Program-made: the position numbers and the translations under genes | Notes under the pieces: model-generated | The model's database searches: none | Told to the model about the DNA's origin: nothing | What the model saw: only the letters and a program-made list of their open reading frames with translations | NCBI GenBank assembly: GCA_030390025.1 | Contig: CM059432.1 | Span: forward strand, 147,624,001-147,688,000 | Direction of reading: 5' to 3' | Source: Squalus acanthias | Lineage: Eukaryota | DNA length: 64,000 bases | Part shown: piece after piece, positions 23,846 to 37,082 of the stretch | How the letters are laid out: each line of letters starts with the position of its first letter | Numbering within the stretch: the first letter of the stretch is position 1

Positions 23846-24090
23846 CCGTGAACTAATGAAACATTTTTCCAAAAGGTTTCCAAAACTGGACACAATAAAT
23901 ATTCTAACTGTGGCCTAACCAATGCTTTGTATAAGTTTAGTTTTACCTCTTTGCTTTTGTATTCTATATCCATATTTATAAAATCTAGGACCCCAAATAA
24001 TTTTTCAAGCATGTATCAACTGGTCATTCTACTTTTGTGTGCTATTTTAGTTTCATGTGACATGAATTCCCTTTTCCTGATTTTGTTTAC

Positions 24091-24599
24091 CTCTTCCATT
24101 TCAAAGGAGTCCGGTGGCTGATCGCTCGTGCAGAGTTTCAGTTTCTTTGCCTGAGGCGTAATGAGTTGAATCTCCGTGACTCCGTCTTTGACAGGCGTTT
24201 CCAGCAAGAGACAACCTTGGGCCTCCTTCAAATTAAGAGGCAAATCCGGAGCCTTGTTCTCGGCCTGACTCTGCTCGACTGTCAATGGTGCCAAAATGCT
24301 GTCTTCAGGAATAGATTGGTGAGCACATTGGAAAGCAGCTTGTCTGTCCCTTCCTGAAGGGTTTGAAGGTTTCTCTTTACTTTCTCGACTTTCTTTGAAA
24401 TTTTGAGAGTCCTTAATGTTCTGAAGGAGGTTGTTTTGGGATGCTTTTCGCAGCAGTTTTCTGCATTTCTCTTTTCTTTCCAGGGGCTGTTTCTTCTCAG
24501 TGGCGAGCTCTGGAGATAGATTTTGGGTGGCCACCTCTGTGAACAAGCAGGATAATACATCAGTCACTTGCTGTAAGACTTCAAGCTGCCGAAAACGAC
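24091..24599 (-). CDS. ITPRID1: ITPRID1-like coding exon (RFRQLEVLQQVT...DSFEMEE)
   Basis: Acceptor tccatttag, donor GTAAAC, 509 bp open frame. RFRQLE and DSFEMEE are family motifs. Confidence 0.92.
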
Positions 24600-26284
24600 C
24601 TAAATGGACAAGAGATGGATAAAAAAGAAAAAGAGACCCTGAATTTAGTGTGAGACAATCATTAATACTATGTGTTACCTTGGAAGGACATTGTCACAAT
24701 CAAAGACAATTTCCTTTAGAACTATCAGACTTATCACAGCCCTAATTATTTCCAGGAAGGTTTTTCTGTGAGCCCAAGTGAACTTGTATCAGCTGAAGCA
24801 ACAATTGGCCTCAGTATCTCCAACGCAGGGGACAGCCAGGGCACCTGTTATTTTCTAACAAGGGGGCGTAACCGTAAAATTCGAGCTTGACCATTCAGGG
24901 GTGATGTTAGGATGCACTTCTTCACACAAAGGGTCGGCGGGAATCTGCAGCTCTCTCCCCCAAAACGTTGTTGAAGATTGTGTCATCCCTGAGCTGCTCA
25001 CACCTGCGACATCAGATTTGGCTTAAGTGCCGCGTTGGCAACTGAAAGTTGCAAGTTCACGGAAACAACATAAACAAGAAAAAGTAAAACATACAGAATA
25101 CCCATTAAAGAAAACTCAATGCTCCGCAATAACTTTGAAAGGCCACTACACAACCAGATAGCTCGCAGAAACCATAACAGAAATAACATGGTACGCCACA
25201 AAATGGCCTAAGTGATCAACAAGATTGGTTTGATTTTGCACCTTCTTGCACACCATTATTGCTATCACAATAGGCACTGAGCTAAATGACAAATCACTTG
25301 TTACCTCTCTGTCTGTCCATCACTTTATTTATCACCAGAATCAACAGAGGAGGCGACATGAGGAGATTAACCACTTCACCTTTTTGCCTGTAGTATCTCA
25401 CACCTTATTTTGGTGTTCAACTAGCCGATATGTAGAGTCATTTAAATTTCAGTCCCTATTTTGTTGGTTCGTTCCGTGCCTAATATTGTAAGCATTGAAC
25501 TAGACGCAAGCATATCGTGTGTAGGGAACTTGAAAAGTAACTGAATTTAATTGACTAGTCCTTTCATATAGTTAACATAAAAAAAGAATAAAGGAAGGCC
25601 ACTCAGACTAATGAGTGCCAACTTGAGCATTTTGGATAAATTCCCTATACCAATCCTAAATCCATCTGTTCTTAATTTTGTTTACCAATTCAGCCATTTT
25701 GTGGGGATTGCTGTAAATCCCATCGTAAAATTATTTCTCTTGTGGTTCTTCATATTTGACTTGTGATTACTGGTCCCTCCTGTGGACTGAATTGCACTAC
25801 CCCGGTTTTTGTTGTATTATATGGAGTCTTGCGGTTTTTGATCCTTTTAGTGATTTGCACTTTAAGTCCTAAGGAGCAGAGCGGTGAGAGTAGGTCAGCT
25901 GCCTGTCCCCTCCTGGCCAGTCAATGTCACAAGAAGGGGAGATCAAAGGTCGTGGTGTGGAGGAGAAGATCTGAGCCCCAAATCTGTGACACTCCGCTCA
26001 TGCTGTGGAGTCTCGCTGATCCGGCACACGGGTTGAACAATCAGCAGGAGGCTCCTTCGCTGGTTCTTCAATCCGTGCTCTGGCGAGAAAGACCTCATGC
26101 TGAAGGGTGGCGTTTTTTTTCAACGTCGGGGGCGATAATTTAAGGGAAAGTTTTAAGTGACATTAAAACAGTGACATAGGAGAAGTGACTCCTGAAACTG
26201 GGTTGGGCCTATGAGACATGAACACTGGTCACGGTTTCAAATGATCAGGCTGTTTTAAGAGCTGCAGTTGGTATTGTGTACATG

Positions 26285-27191
26285 GGGCTGGATTTTCATT
26301 GACCCGTGGAGGCGGGTTTGGAGGCGTGTGGGGGGTTAAAATTGCGAAAACTGGCGGGCGGGCACAAGTCCGCCTCCATCCCGCCTCCACGCAATTTTCA
26401 TGAAATCGTGTCTGCTGGTCCCGACTGCGTCCCGCCTTTAAGAGGCGGGATAGGCTGTTAAGGCCCTTAACAAGCACTAAATTGCCTCTATAATGCCATT
26501 TTGAAAGGCCTTTGTGATTTTAACCCTTGTTCTATGTGAAGCACGCCTGTTCTGAACCACGATTGTGAAACCTGGCGGGAGCACATTTGGCTGTCTGTCT
26601 GAACCACGATTGTGAAACCTGGTGTCCGTCTCTCTCTCTCTCTCACACACAGTGGTGGTGTAAAAATATGTGGGAACAGACTTAGGGCTGCTGCTGCTCA
26701 TTTTGCATCCAGGTCCTCTCACAGCAAAGGCCAGGCAGTCTCTGAAGACCTTCAATGCAGCAGCAACGATGACATCATCAGAGGTGACTTTCAGACTGAA
26801 AACACTAATTGGGTCATGGGTTCCCACATGCTGGAACTCAATTGACCAATTAGGTGAAAATTGCATCAATCTCCCACATCCAATTGGAGTCGTAGGATAA
26901 CACAATGGGCTGGATTTTGTCTTGGGGTCGGGTTGGGGTCGTGTAATCCGTATTTCGTGTTTCCCCCCCGGACTCCAGATTAATGTGGATGCCTGATGCA
27001 ATTTTCACTTAATTGGGCAATTGAGTTGGAGGATGTGGGAACCCATGAACTAATTAGTGTTTTCAGTCTGAAAGTCGCCTCTGATGATGTCATCATTGCT
27101 GACTGCCTAGTCTCAGAGACTGTTGGTGAGAGAGGACCTGCCTGGCTTGCTCTTGATGTGAGTGGACCTGGATGCAAAAATGGGGGGGAGG

Positions 27192-27250
<59 letters not shown>

Positions 27251-27697
27251 GAGAATGAATTTTTTTTGCAACCAAGTCCTCCCAGGCAGTCTCTGAAGAC
27301 ATTCAATGCAGCAGCATCAGAGGCGACTTTCAGACCTAATACTACTACTACCTTCATCACATCTCCGTTGTAATAGTGGACCTGCAGCCGATAGTCAGCT
27401 GTCCACTTGTGCTCCCGCCAGGTTTCACTGGAGTGTTTCACATCAGGCGTGCTTCATGTCAGAAAAGGGTTAAACTAGCTAAAACGTTTCAAAATGGCAT
27501 TACAGAGCCAATTTAGAGCTTGTTAAGGGCTTTAATGGCCTCTCCCGCCTCTTGGAGGCGGGACGGAGTCGGGAACCCCGTGACTGATTTTGTCAAAATT
27601 GCGTGGAGGCGGGATGGAGTTGGGACCCCCGAACCCGCAACTTTAACCCCCCACACGCCTCCAAACCTGACTCCACGGGTCATTGAAAATCCAGCCC
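26285..27697. mobile_element. Foldback non-autonomous DNA transposon (Harbinger-type ends)
   Basis: TIR GGGCTGGATTTTCA, TSD ATG (26282-26284, 27698-27700), inverted arms of roughly 600-700 bp. Confidence 0.88.
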
Positions 27698-27778
27698 ATG
27701 GTGTGTAAGGGACCAAAACCTAAAGGACATCCAGCTCTTTAAACCGAGCCGTGTCCTCCTCTGAAGAGCCTTTCTTAC

Positions 27779-27981
27779 TGTATAGATCGGGGTTTTCCAT
27801 TTCCATCCGTAGCTTCTGTGCGTCCAGAAACACTCCGATATTTATTCCAATGGCGACAGAAGAGTTATTGATGAAACGAGCGGGGATTTTAGTTGAGATG
27901 TCAGGCTCCTCTTTGCCAAAACCAAGGTCAAGCAGAAGCTCCTCGGGGTCATCGTGCCAGAGATCCAGTAATTCAATAACA
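27779..27981 (-). CDS. ITPRID1: ITPRID1-like exon encoding the core KRAP IP3R-binding domain
   Basis: VIELLDLWHDDPEELLLDLGFGKEEPDISTKIPARF...GINIGVFLDAQKLRMEMENPDLY is the ITPRID1/ITPRID2/TESPA1 signature. LLDLGFG, IPARF, GINI and ENPxLY fit ITPRID1 best. Acceptor cttttgcag, donor GTAAGA, 203 bp. Confidence 0.92.
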
Positions 27982-28087
27982 CTGCAAAAGAGGCAAAGTA
28001 GGGCATTATGTGTATCCTGCTTATAGTCAGAGATCAAAGGCCATTAACTCAACGCGTGTCTTTGGTCTTATGTATCATAGTATAAAA

Positions 28088-28325
28088 GGGTATGGTGGTG
28101 TAATGATTATGTTACTGGACTCGTAATCGAGAGGTCTAGGACTAATAATCCGGCAGAACGTGAGTTCAAATCCCAGCATGATAGTTGGAGCATTTGAATT
28201 CAGTTTAAAAAATCTGGCGTCAGTAAAAGTGACCAGGAAGCTGTTGGATTGTTGTAATAGACCGAACTGGTTCATCAATGTCTTCAGGAAAGGAAACTTG
28301 CTGTCCTCGCCAATGACGCCCACAA
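28088..28325 (+). mobile_element. tRNA-headed SINE, partial
   Basis: Similar to 57469-57740. Confidence 0.7.
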
Positions 28326-28761
28326 CCCGAGAATTATTTATTTTTTAAATGAAGTGTTGCCACTCTCTGGAAGTCACAGTTAGTTCCAGGTGAAAAATAA
28401 TCACAAGAAAGCCAGCCATTGGCCCACAGCCTGAAAATGATCAGACTACAATTTCCTTAAAGGGACAGACCAGGTTGGGAGTTAAACAACACGGGGCTGA
28501 AATCCCACATCTTTTTTCACTCACTCGCTGCAATTCCAGCAGGAATGCGGTCGAAGGGCCAGAAGACAGGCCGGAATGTGGATATGGCAGGCTCCAGTCT
28601 GCAGTACCTGGGGGGGCCCCGTAAGGATAGAACCTCAATCCGCCACTCACAAGGGCAATGATGTCAGAGGAGGCAGGACAAAGGGCGGCGAATGCATACA
28701 TTGACAGTACCCCCATCCTCGGACTCACAGGGAACTGGGCATAACTTGGCAGGCTGAGTAT

Positions 28762-29221
28762 GCCGTGGCTCAGTTGGTAGCACACTCGCCTCTGAGTCAG
28801 AAGGTTGTGGGTTCAAGTCCCACTCCAGGGACTTGTGCACAAAAAGCTAGGCTGACACTCCAGTGCAGTGCTGAGGGAGCACCGCACTGTCGGAGGTGCC
28901 GTCTTTCGGATGAGACGTTAAACCGAGGCCCCGTCTACTCTCTCAGGTGGACGTAAAAGATCGCAAGGCATTATTTCGAAGAAGAGCAGGGGAGTTATCC
29001 CCGGTGTCCTGGCCAATATTTATCCCTCAACCCACATAACATAAACAGATTATCTGGTCATTGCTGTTTGTGGGAGCTTGCTGTGTGCAAATTGGCTGCT
29101 GTGTTTCCCACATAACAACAGTGACTACACTCCAAAAGTACTTCATTGGCTGTAAAGCGCTTTGAGACGTCCGGTGGTCGTGAAAGGCGCTATAGAAATG
29201 CAAGTCTTTCTTTCTTTTTTC
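28762..29221 (+). mobile_element. Deu-domain SINE (SacSINE1-like)
   Basis: Full-length paralogue of 11317-11778 with A/B boxes and L2-type tail. Confidence 0.85.
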
Positions 29222-30014
29222 AGGGGCTCAAATGGATACCACCATAGTGTCCAGGCCAGAGGAGTTGCCTACACCACTGAAAACGTACAGTGGGTTAATT
29301 TTCTTGTGTGGTTAAGGGGGGCCAATCTTGAAAGTTTCTGGGGTGGAGGGGTGGGGTCTAACTTGACATTATTGCACTGAATCTTGCAGCAGAGGCTGGG
29401 TTTCCGAGCAGCTTTGGGCAGGGAGGCAGCCAAGATGCACATGTCATGGCATGGGTCTCCACTGGCCCAATGCTAATTAGGTGCGTTTGTCATGACACCA
29501 CAAGCTCCAGTGGGATCAGTGCTGGGTGGAAATTGCCAGTGCTATCTGGGTTTAAATCCAGGGACTGTGGCCAGTGGAATTTAAGGGCCCACTGTTTGGC
29601 TTCAGATCCCAGCCTACGCATGAACAGTACCATGGCAGATCCACTAAATGCTTAACCTCTACAGGGATGGGGGGTGGGGGGTGACGTGTCAATTTGGGGA
29701 CCTAAACTAACAAACTATTAAAGCTGAAGCATTGCTGGGTGCGGGATTATATTTCTATTGTTTTCAGCTATTTAAAAAAACAATATAACCTGCCCCCAAA
29801 TAAAAGGTTGTTAATGTTTTCACTGTCAATTATTTATAACTTATTTTAATGGAAGTGGTGACGCTCACCGTATAAACTTAGGAAATTTTCTTTGGTAGGT
29901 TTTGGCTCTATATTTTCACAATGAGTCAATATAAGGCCGTCTCTCATAGTTTACTGTTGTGAAGTGATGTGCTGAAGACAGAGACAGATTAAAGAGAACT
30001 TTATAGGGGACATT

Positions 30015-30916
30015 TCTCCCTTGCCGCTGATTTCATCCATCTCCCTGGTCACCATCTCAGGCTCAACCAGACTATTTGCAGCTTTGACATCCTGTTCGAC
30101 CATGAGCTCAGTTTGGGACCTTATATCCGTCCCATCACAAAGACTGCTTACTCTCACCTCTGGATCATTGGCCACCTTTGCCCTTACCTCAGCCCCTTTG
30201 CTTATCCATTCATTTGTCACCTCCAAACTCGACTACTCCAATGCTCTTCCTGTTGGCCTCCCTTTCTTTACAAACTCCAACTTGTTCAAAGCTCTGCTGC
30301 ATATATCCTGTCCTGCATTAAGTCTTGCTCACCTATCACCCCGTCCTCATTGGCTTATATTGGTTCCCCATACCCCAATGCAATGAATTTCAAATCCGTG
30401 TCTTCTTCTTCAAACGCTCCATAGTCTCACCCTACCCTATCCCTGCACACTCCTCCAGCACTCTATCCCCCATGAAAACCCCATTCCTCTGACTCTGCCC
30501 TTTTGCATGTACACCCTACCTTCGTCTTACCATTGGTGGCAGAGCCTTCAGTCAACTGGGTCCTACTTTCTTGACTTCCCTCCCTAAGCCTCACTGCATC
30601 TCCAACTCACTCTACTACTTCTTGAAAAACTTTCTTAAAATCCATCTCTACCATCAAGCTTTTGGTCACCACCAATGTTCCTTGTAATTTTTCTTGGCGC
30701 TGGGTGGCCCATTCAAAACACCGTGCATGCAAGTTTTTGCATTGAAAAGCCGGCAAGCCAGCTGCATGGGATCCATGGAGCTTAAAGGGAGCATTGGTCA
30801 CCACACCTAACCTCTCCCTTATTGGTTCCATATCCATTTTCCTAATGTCTAACTGTGAACCGCCTTAGGACATCTTTTACATTAAAGCGGCCATATAAGT
30901 ACAAGTTATTGTTGTT
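30015..30916 (+). mobile_element. Old L2 LINE 3' fragment
   Basis: LIHSFVTSKLDYSNAL motif and an L2-type end (attaaagcggccatataagtacaagttattgttgtt). Confidence 0.7.
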
Positions 30917-31744
30917 ATAACATGCTCGATGTAGCCAGGGGTAACAGGCCATCAATATGAAACAGAGAAGTCAGAGTTCCAGAGAAGAAGGTGCTGATGT
31001 GATGTTATGCTCTGTCTGCCCTCACGTACAGGGTGGAGGATCACCACAGGTGAGCCTTGCTTTCCAGAGCAGAGCCCATATCAATTACTCCACACGACAC
31101 TCATCAACCCCCTCCTCCATCTGAGTCCAGTCTCTGACAGCACTCGGAGGTGTAATGTGAAATTTGGCAGGGGCATAAAATGGGGTTCAATTGAATGGAA
31201 AATCGAACAGGGTGTATAAAAGGTGGCCGAGCCACCACCAGTTGAATTCTACCCCTATTATAACAACCAAGCTATTAAAAGATGTTGCCTAGCGTGAGGA
31301 AATGCAAATATGAAGAAAGACTTAAAAATTGGAACTTTTTTAGTTCGAACAATGCTGATTACAGGACGATATGGTAGAAGTGTTTAAGATTAGGAAAAGA
31401 TGAGACAAGGTAAATAGATGCAAGGTATGTGATGGTCTAGAATGAGGTGGTATAGATACAAGATTGAATGCAAGAGATTTAAAACAGTGAGCAGGACAAA
31501 CATCTTGACACAGAGTTACTGTGGAATTACTTCCCGGGCTACTGATTGAATCAGAAACTAGCACAGGGAATTTCCTCAGGGGTTCTCCCGATTGGTCACT
31601 GTAATTTCTGCGGAAGATTAGTAAAAACCCCGGCTAGATGTGTAAATGGGGTTTTGGCAGCGGATCAGAGAACCTCAGAGAAATTTCCTGGCGTGTGCCA
31701 ACATTTAAGATTACATTGGATAGGTGAATGAAGGCAAAGGATAA

Positions 31745-34054
31745 AGGGATATGGGAACAGGGAAAAACCTACTTGACCTCGTCCTCACCAATCTACCTGT
31801 CGCAGATGCATCTGTCCATGACAGTATTGGTAGCAGTGACCACCGCAAAGGACACCCTCCATCGTCTTGTGTGGCACTACCACCGTGCTAAATGGGATAG
31901 ATTCAGAACAGATCTAGCAGCTCAAAACTGGGCATCCATGAGGCGCTATGGGCCATCAGCCAGCAGCAGCTGAATTGTATTCCACCACAATCTGTAACCT
32001 CATGGCCCGGTATATCACTCATTCTACCATTACCATCAAGCCAGGGGACCAACCCTGGTTCAATGGTAGAAGAGCATGCCAAGAGCAGCACCAGGTGTAC
32101 CTAAAAATGAGGTGCCAACCTGGGGAAGCTGCAACACAGGACTACATGCATGCTAAAAAGCGGAAGCAGCATGCTATAGACAGGGCTAAGCGATCCCACA
32201 ATCAACGGATCAGATCAAAGCTCTGCAGTCCTGCCACATCCAGTCGTGAATGGTGGTGGACCATTAAACAACTAATGGGAGGAGGAGGCTCCATGAATAT
32301 CCCCATCTTCAATGATGGTGGAGCCCAGCATGTGAGTGCAAAAGACAAAGCTGAAGTCTTTGCAACCATCTTCAGCCAGAAGTGCCGAGTGGATGATCCA
32401 TATCGGCCTCCTCCTGAGGTCCCCACCATCACAGAAGCCAGACTTCAGCCAATTCGATTCACTCCATGTGCTATCAAAAATCGGCTGAGCGCACTGGATA
32501 CAGCAAAGGCTATGGGCGCCGACAACATCCTGGCTGTCATGCTGAAGACCTGTGCTCCAGAACTAACCGCGCCTCTAGCCAAGCTATTCCAGTACAGCTA
32601 TAACACTGGCATCTATCCGACAATGTGGAAAATGTGTATGTCCTGTCCACAAAAAGCAGAACAAATCCAATCCGGCCAATTACAGCCCCATCAGTCTGCT
32701 CTCAATCATCAGCAAAGTGATGGAAGGAGTCATCAACAGTGATATCAAACATCACTTACTCACCAATAACCTGCTCACTGATGCCCAGTTTGGGTTCCGC
32801 CAAGACCACTCGGCTCCCGACCTCATTATAGCCTTGGTCCAAAAATGGACAAAGGAGCTGAATTCCAGAGGTGAGGTAAGAGTGACTGCTCTTAACATCA
32901 AGGCAGCATTTGACCGAGTGTGGCATCAAGGAGCCATAGTAAAACTGAAGTCATTGGGAATCGGGGGGAAAACTCTCCACTGGCTGGAGTCATACCTAGC
33001 ACAAAGCAAGATGGTTGTGGTGGTTGGAGGTCAATCATCACAGCCCCAGGATATCGCTGCAGGAGTTCCTCAGGGCAGTGTCCTAGGCCCAACCATCTTC
33101 AGCTGCTTCATCAATGACCTTCCTTCCATCATAATATCAGAAATGGGGATGTTCACTGATGACTGCACTGTGTTCAGTGCCATTCGCAACTCCTCTGATA
33201 ATGAAGCAGTCCATGCCCGCATGCAGCAAGACCTGGATGACGTTCAGGCTTGGGCTGATAAGTGGCAAGTAACATTCGCGCCACACAATTGCTAGGCAAT
33301 GACGATCTCCAACAAGCGAGCTTCTAACCACCACCCCTTGACATTCAACAGCATTACCATCGCCGAATTCCCCACCATCAATATCCTGGGGGTCACCATT
33401 GACCAGAAACTTAATTGGACCAGCCACATAAATACTGTGGCAACAAGAGCAGGTCAGAGGCTGGGTATTCTGTGGCGAGTGTCTCACCTCCTGACTCCCC
33501 AAAACCTTTCCACCAACTACAAGGCACAAGTAAGGAGTGTGATGGAATACTCTCCACTTGCCTGGATGAGTGCAGCTCCAACAACACTCAAGAAGCTCGA
33601 CACCATCCAAGCCAAATCAGCTTGCTTGATTGGCACCCCATCCACCACCTTAAACATTCACTCCCTCCACCACCGGCGTACCATGGCTGCAGTGTGCACC
33701 ATCTACAAGATTCACTACAGCAACTCACCAAGGCTTCCTCAGCAGCACCTCCCAAACCCGCGACCTCTACCTCCTAGAAGGACAAGGGCAGCAGGCGCAT
33801 GGGAACACCACCACCTCCAAGTTCCCCTCCAAGTCACACCATCCTGACTTGGAAGTATATCGCCATTCCTTCATCGTCGCTGGGTCAAAATCTTGGAACT
33901 CCCTCCCTAACAGCACTGTGGGAGTACCTTCACCACACAGACTGCAACGGTTCAAGAAGGCGACTCACCACCACCTTCTCAAGGGCAACTAGGGATGGGC
34001 AATAAATGCTGGCTTTGCCAGTGATGCCCACATCCCAGGAACAAATAAAAAAAA
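31745..34054 (+). mobile_element. CR1/L2-group LINE (second family), RT region with stops and frameshifts
   Basis: QFGFRQDHS, KAAFDRVWH, GVPQGSVLGP, FTDD motifs; 3' end followed by an A tract. Confidence 0.9.
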
Positions 34055-35174
34055 GGGGGGTTAGGCTCAGTTGCTCACATGGAGGGTAAACATCTACGTG
34101 GACTGGTTGAGCTGAATGGCCTGTTTCTTTGTTGTAACTTCTATGCATTTCAATGAATACAAAGCACAATCATGAAATAAACCATTACCTCACCTGCAAT
34201 CAAACATGAAAAACAATGGCTCACTATCTCCAAGAAAAGTTTTGCCAACGTAATCTATGCAATCATAAACAATATCCTCTCACCTGATGAAAATAGATAA
34301 TGGAACGAAACTAGTAAAATATTTATCACCACATAAAGAGATCTTCACTCACACCTGCTATACTAGATTAAGGAAGATTTCTGTTTCCACCACATACACA
34401 ATACTAGCCTGTTATCTTCCTGTGCAATAATATTATTTTAAGGAGCAGTACCTTGATGTAAAATGTTTGTTTGCCAAACCCACACTAAAATCACGTGGGT
34501 AAGGTTGACACAAGTCATTGTGTCAAGAAAACATCATTGTGACACAAGCACATGATGTCATCATGACCAATATAGTGAGCAGCTGTTCTCCCTCAGTGAC
34601 AAAGAACTGTAGAACCAAAGTGGAAGAAATTCAACTCACAGCTGCCCATTTCTCCAGGTAAAATCAGTGCAAAATCTCTGAAAGTTGTATCGGAATCGGC
34701 TGCACCTGAACTATAATACCACAATTGCGGTGGATGCCATAATGGCTCGGACGACTTTTAGTCATCCATAGTGCCCACCTGAAACAGGGACTGCTGGAAA
34801 CCACTCAAAAAACGGCCCAGGAAATGGTTATTTTTTTTATTTTCGTGGGCCAGGAAAAGCAGAAGTGTTCCTCCTCGGTCCAGAAAGAAACTTTGGCGAT
34901 GCTGGGATATTTAAGACTCTCCCCCCAAACCCCCAAGATTGCCTCCAGCCCTCCCCCATAGACTCAATCTGCTGGCCAGCTCAATATAGAAGCTGGCTGA
35001 TTTCCTACCCAACTAGCGAACTGCAGCAGGACGTCGGTTTGGAGTAGGCGACAGTTCAACGAGGGCTGAAGCTGAATTTGGCTCAGTCCTCAGGTTTGCA
35101 AAGACATCGCTCTGCCGACTCCACACTCATTTCCGGTGTGCCAAATTTCTTGATCAAAGAACCAAAGAGGGATG

Positions 35175-35471
35175 GAACTCTAGAACCATAGAACTCTAGA
35201 ACCATAGAACTCTAGAGCCATAGAACTCTAGAACCATAGAACTCTAGAACCATAGAACTCTAGAACCATAGAACTCTAGAACCATAGAACTCTAGAACCA
35301 TAGAACTCTAGAACCATAGAACTCTAGAACCATAGAACTCTAGAACCATAGAACACTAGAACCATAGAACTCTAGAGCCATAGAACTCTAGAACCATAGA
35401 ACTCTAGAACCATAGAACTCTAGAACCATAGAACTCTAGAACCATAGAACTCTAGAACCATAGAACTCTAG
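35175..35471. repeat. 16-bp tandem repeat, about 18 copies
   Basis: Unit gaactctagaaccata, made of alternating octamers TAGAACTC and TAGAACCA. Confidence 0.97.
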
Positions 35472-35587
35472 CACTGTACTAAAGTACTCTAGAACCATCC
35501 AACTTATAGCTATGGAAATATGCAATTGTAGAACCATAGAACGCTAGAAACATAGGGGGTGATTTTGACTGACATCCCCTGGAGTTA

Positions 35588-36245
35588 ATCATAGAATCAT
35601 ACAGTACAGAAGGAGGCCATTCGGCTCATCATGCCTATGGCAGCTCTTTGAAAGAGGTCTCCAATTAGTCCTACTCTGCTGTTCTTTCCTCGTAGCCCTG
35701 CAAATGTTTCCTAATTAAGTGTATATCCAATTCCCTTTTGAAAGTTACTATTGAACCTGCTTCTACCGCCCTTTCAGGCAATTAATTCCCGATCACAACA
35801 ACTCGCTGCTTAAAAGAAAAAAATTCTCCTCATCATCCCCCCTAGTTTTTTTGCCAATTATCTTCTCTGGTTACCAACCCTTCTGCCAGTGAAAACAGTT
35901 TCTCACTATCTACTCTATCAAACCCCCCGCCCCCCCCCCACCCCCGCCGTAATTTTGAACACCTCTATTAAATCTCCCCTTAACCTTCTCTGCTCTAAGA
36001 AGAACAATCTCAGCTTCTCCAGTCTCTCCACATAACTGAAGTCCCTCATCCCTGGTACCATTCTATTAAATCTGCTCTGCACCCTCTCCAAGGCCTTGCC
36101 ATCCTTTCTAAAGTGCGGTGCCCAGAATTGGACACAATACTCCAGCTGAGGCCTGGCCAGTGAGTTATAAAAGTTTAGCATAGCTTCTTTGCTTTTGTAT
36201 TTGATGTCTCTATTTATGAAGCCAAGGATTCCGTATGCTTTGTTA
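35588..36245 (-). mobile_element. CR1 3' fragment
   Basis: LARPQLEYCVQFWAPH...GDLIEVFKI. Confidence 0.85.
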
Positions 36246-36962
36246 ACAGGGTGGGGTAACAGACTTAAAATAGGGTCGGTAGCCTTACTGCCCTGTTAAC
36301 ACCAGTGATGTGGCAGGCTCCATTTAGAAAGGCGCCTACCACTGGGTGTTCAAAACGCCCACCAGTTTCAGGCAACAGGCCCCTTTTAATCTGGAAATTG
36401 GGGCCCCATGCCGTAGATAGGATCACGATTGCTTTTTTTAGGTTGGAGCCTGCGCATGTATGATCAGTTCCACAGGTGACGGAACAAGCAAAAGTAAGTG
36501 TCAATTTACTTTTCTGGGCTCTGGAGGACTGGGACTGTTCCTCCGCAGCCCACAAAAAATAATCTGGGCCATTGTCACCCTGCGACTAGACACAAAAGGC
36601 ATCAAGGGGTATGGGGAGAGAGCGGGAATATGGTATTGAGATAGAGGATCAGCCATGATCATATTGAATGGCGGAGCAGGCTCGAAGGGCCGAATGGCCT
36701 CCTCCTGCTCCTGTTTTTCTATGTTTCTATGTTTTTTCTATGTGATCGTGGACCACCCCCCCGCCCCCCCCCCACCACCCACAGCTTTCCTTGCTGGCAG
36801 CCGCCCTGGCCCCTGATCAGTTATATTAATGTGAACGAGGGAATTAGCGCCTGAGCATCAATCTCCCTGCCATCTAAAGTACATAAGTGCCAAACATTTA
36901 TGAATAGTAACATTTACCGTGTTATTACTGCATGAGTCCTGCATCGCCTCAGAGCAACTCAC

Positions 36963-37049
36963 CTCTTGGGCCCACTATTGACTGAGGTTGTTGAAGCCAT
37001 GCTGTTCCATCTCGTCAGTGCATGCTTTTCAGAGCAAATGTGCAAGGTC
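36963..37049 (-). CDS. ITPRID1: ITPRID1-like coding exon (TLHICSEKHALTRWNSMASTTSVNSGPKS)
   Basis: Acceptor tcaatag, donor GTGAGT, 87 bp, phase 2 at both ends. Resembles recalled SLHQFSETPILSRGTSFNS. Confidence 0.85.
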
Positions 37050-37082
37050 CTATTGATCAACATAAAGTGGTCAATTTTTTAC

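Noticed and set aside
24016..24090. ORF extension beyond DSFEMEE
   Set aside because: A GT donor follows position 24091, the conserved VQSF continuation is at 7435, and the extension runs toward CR1-derived sequence.
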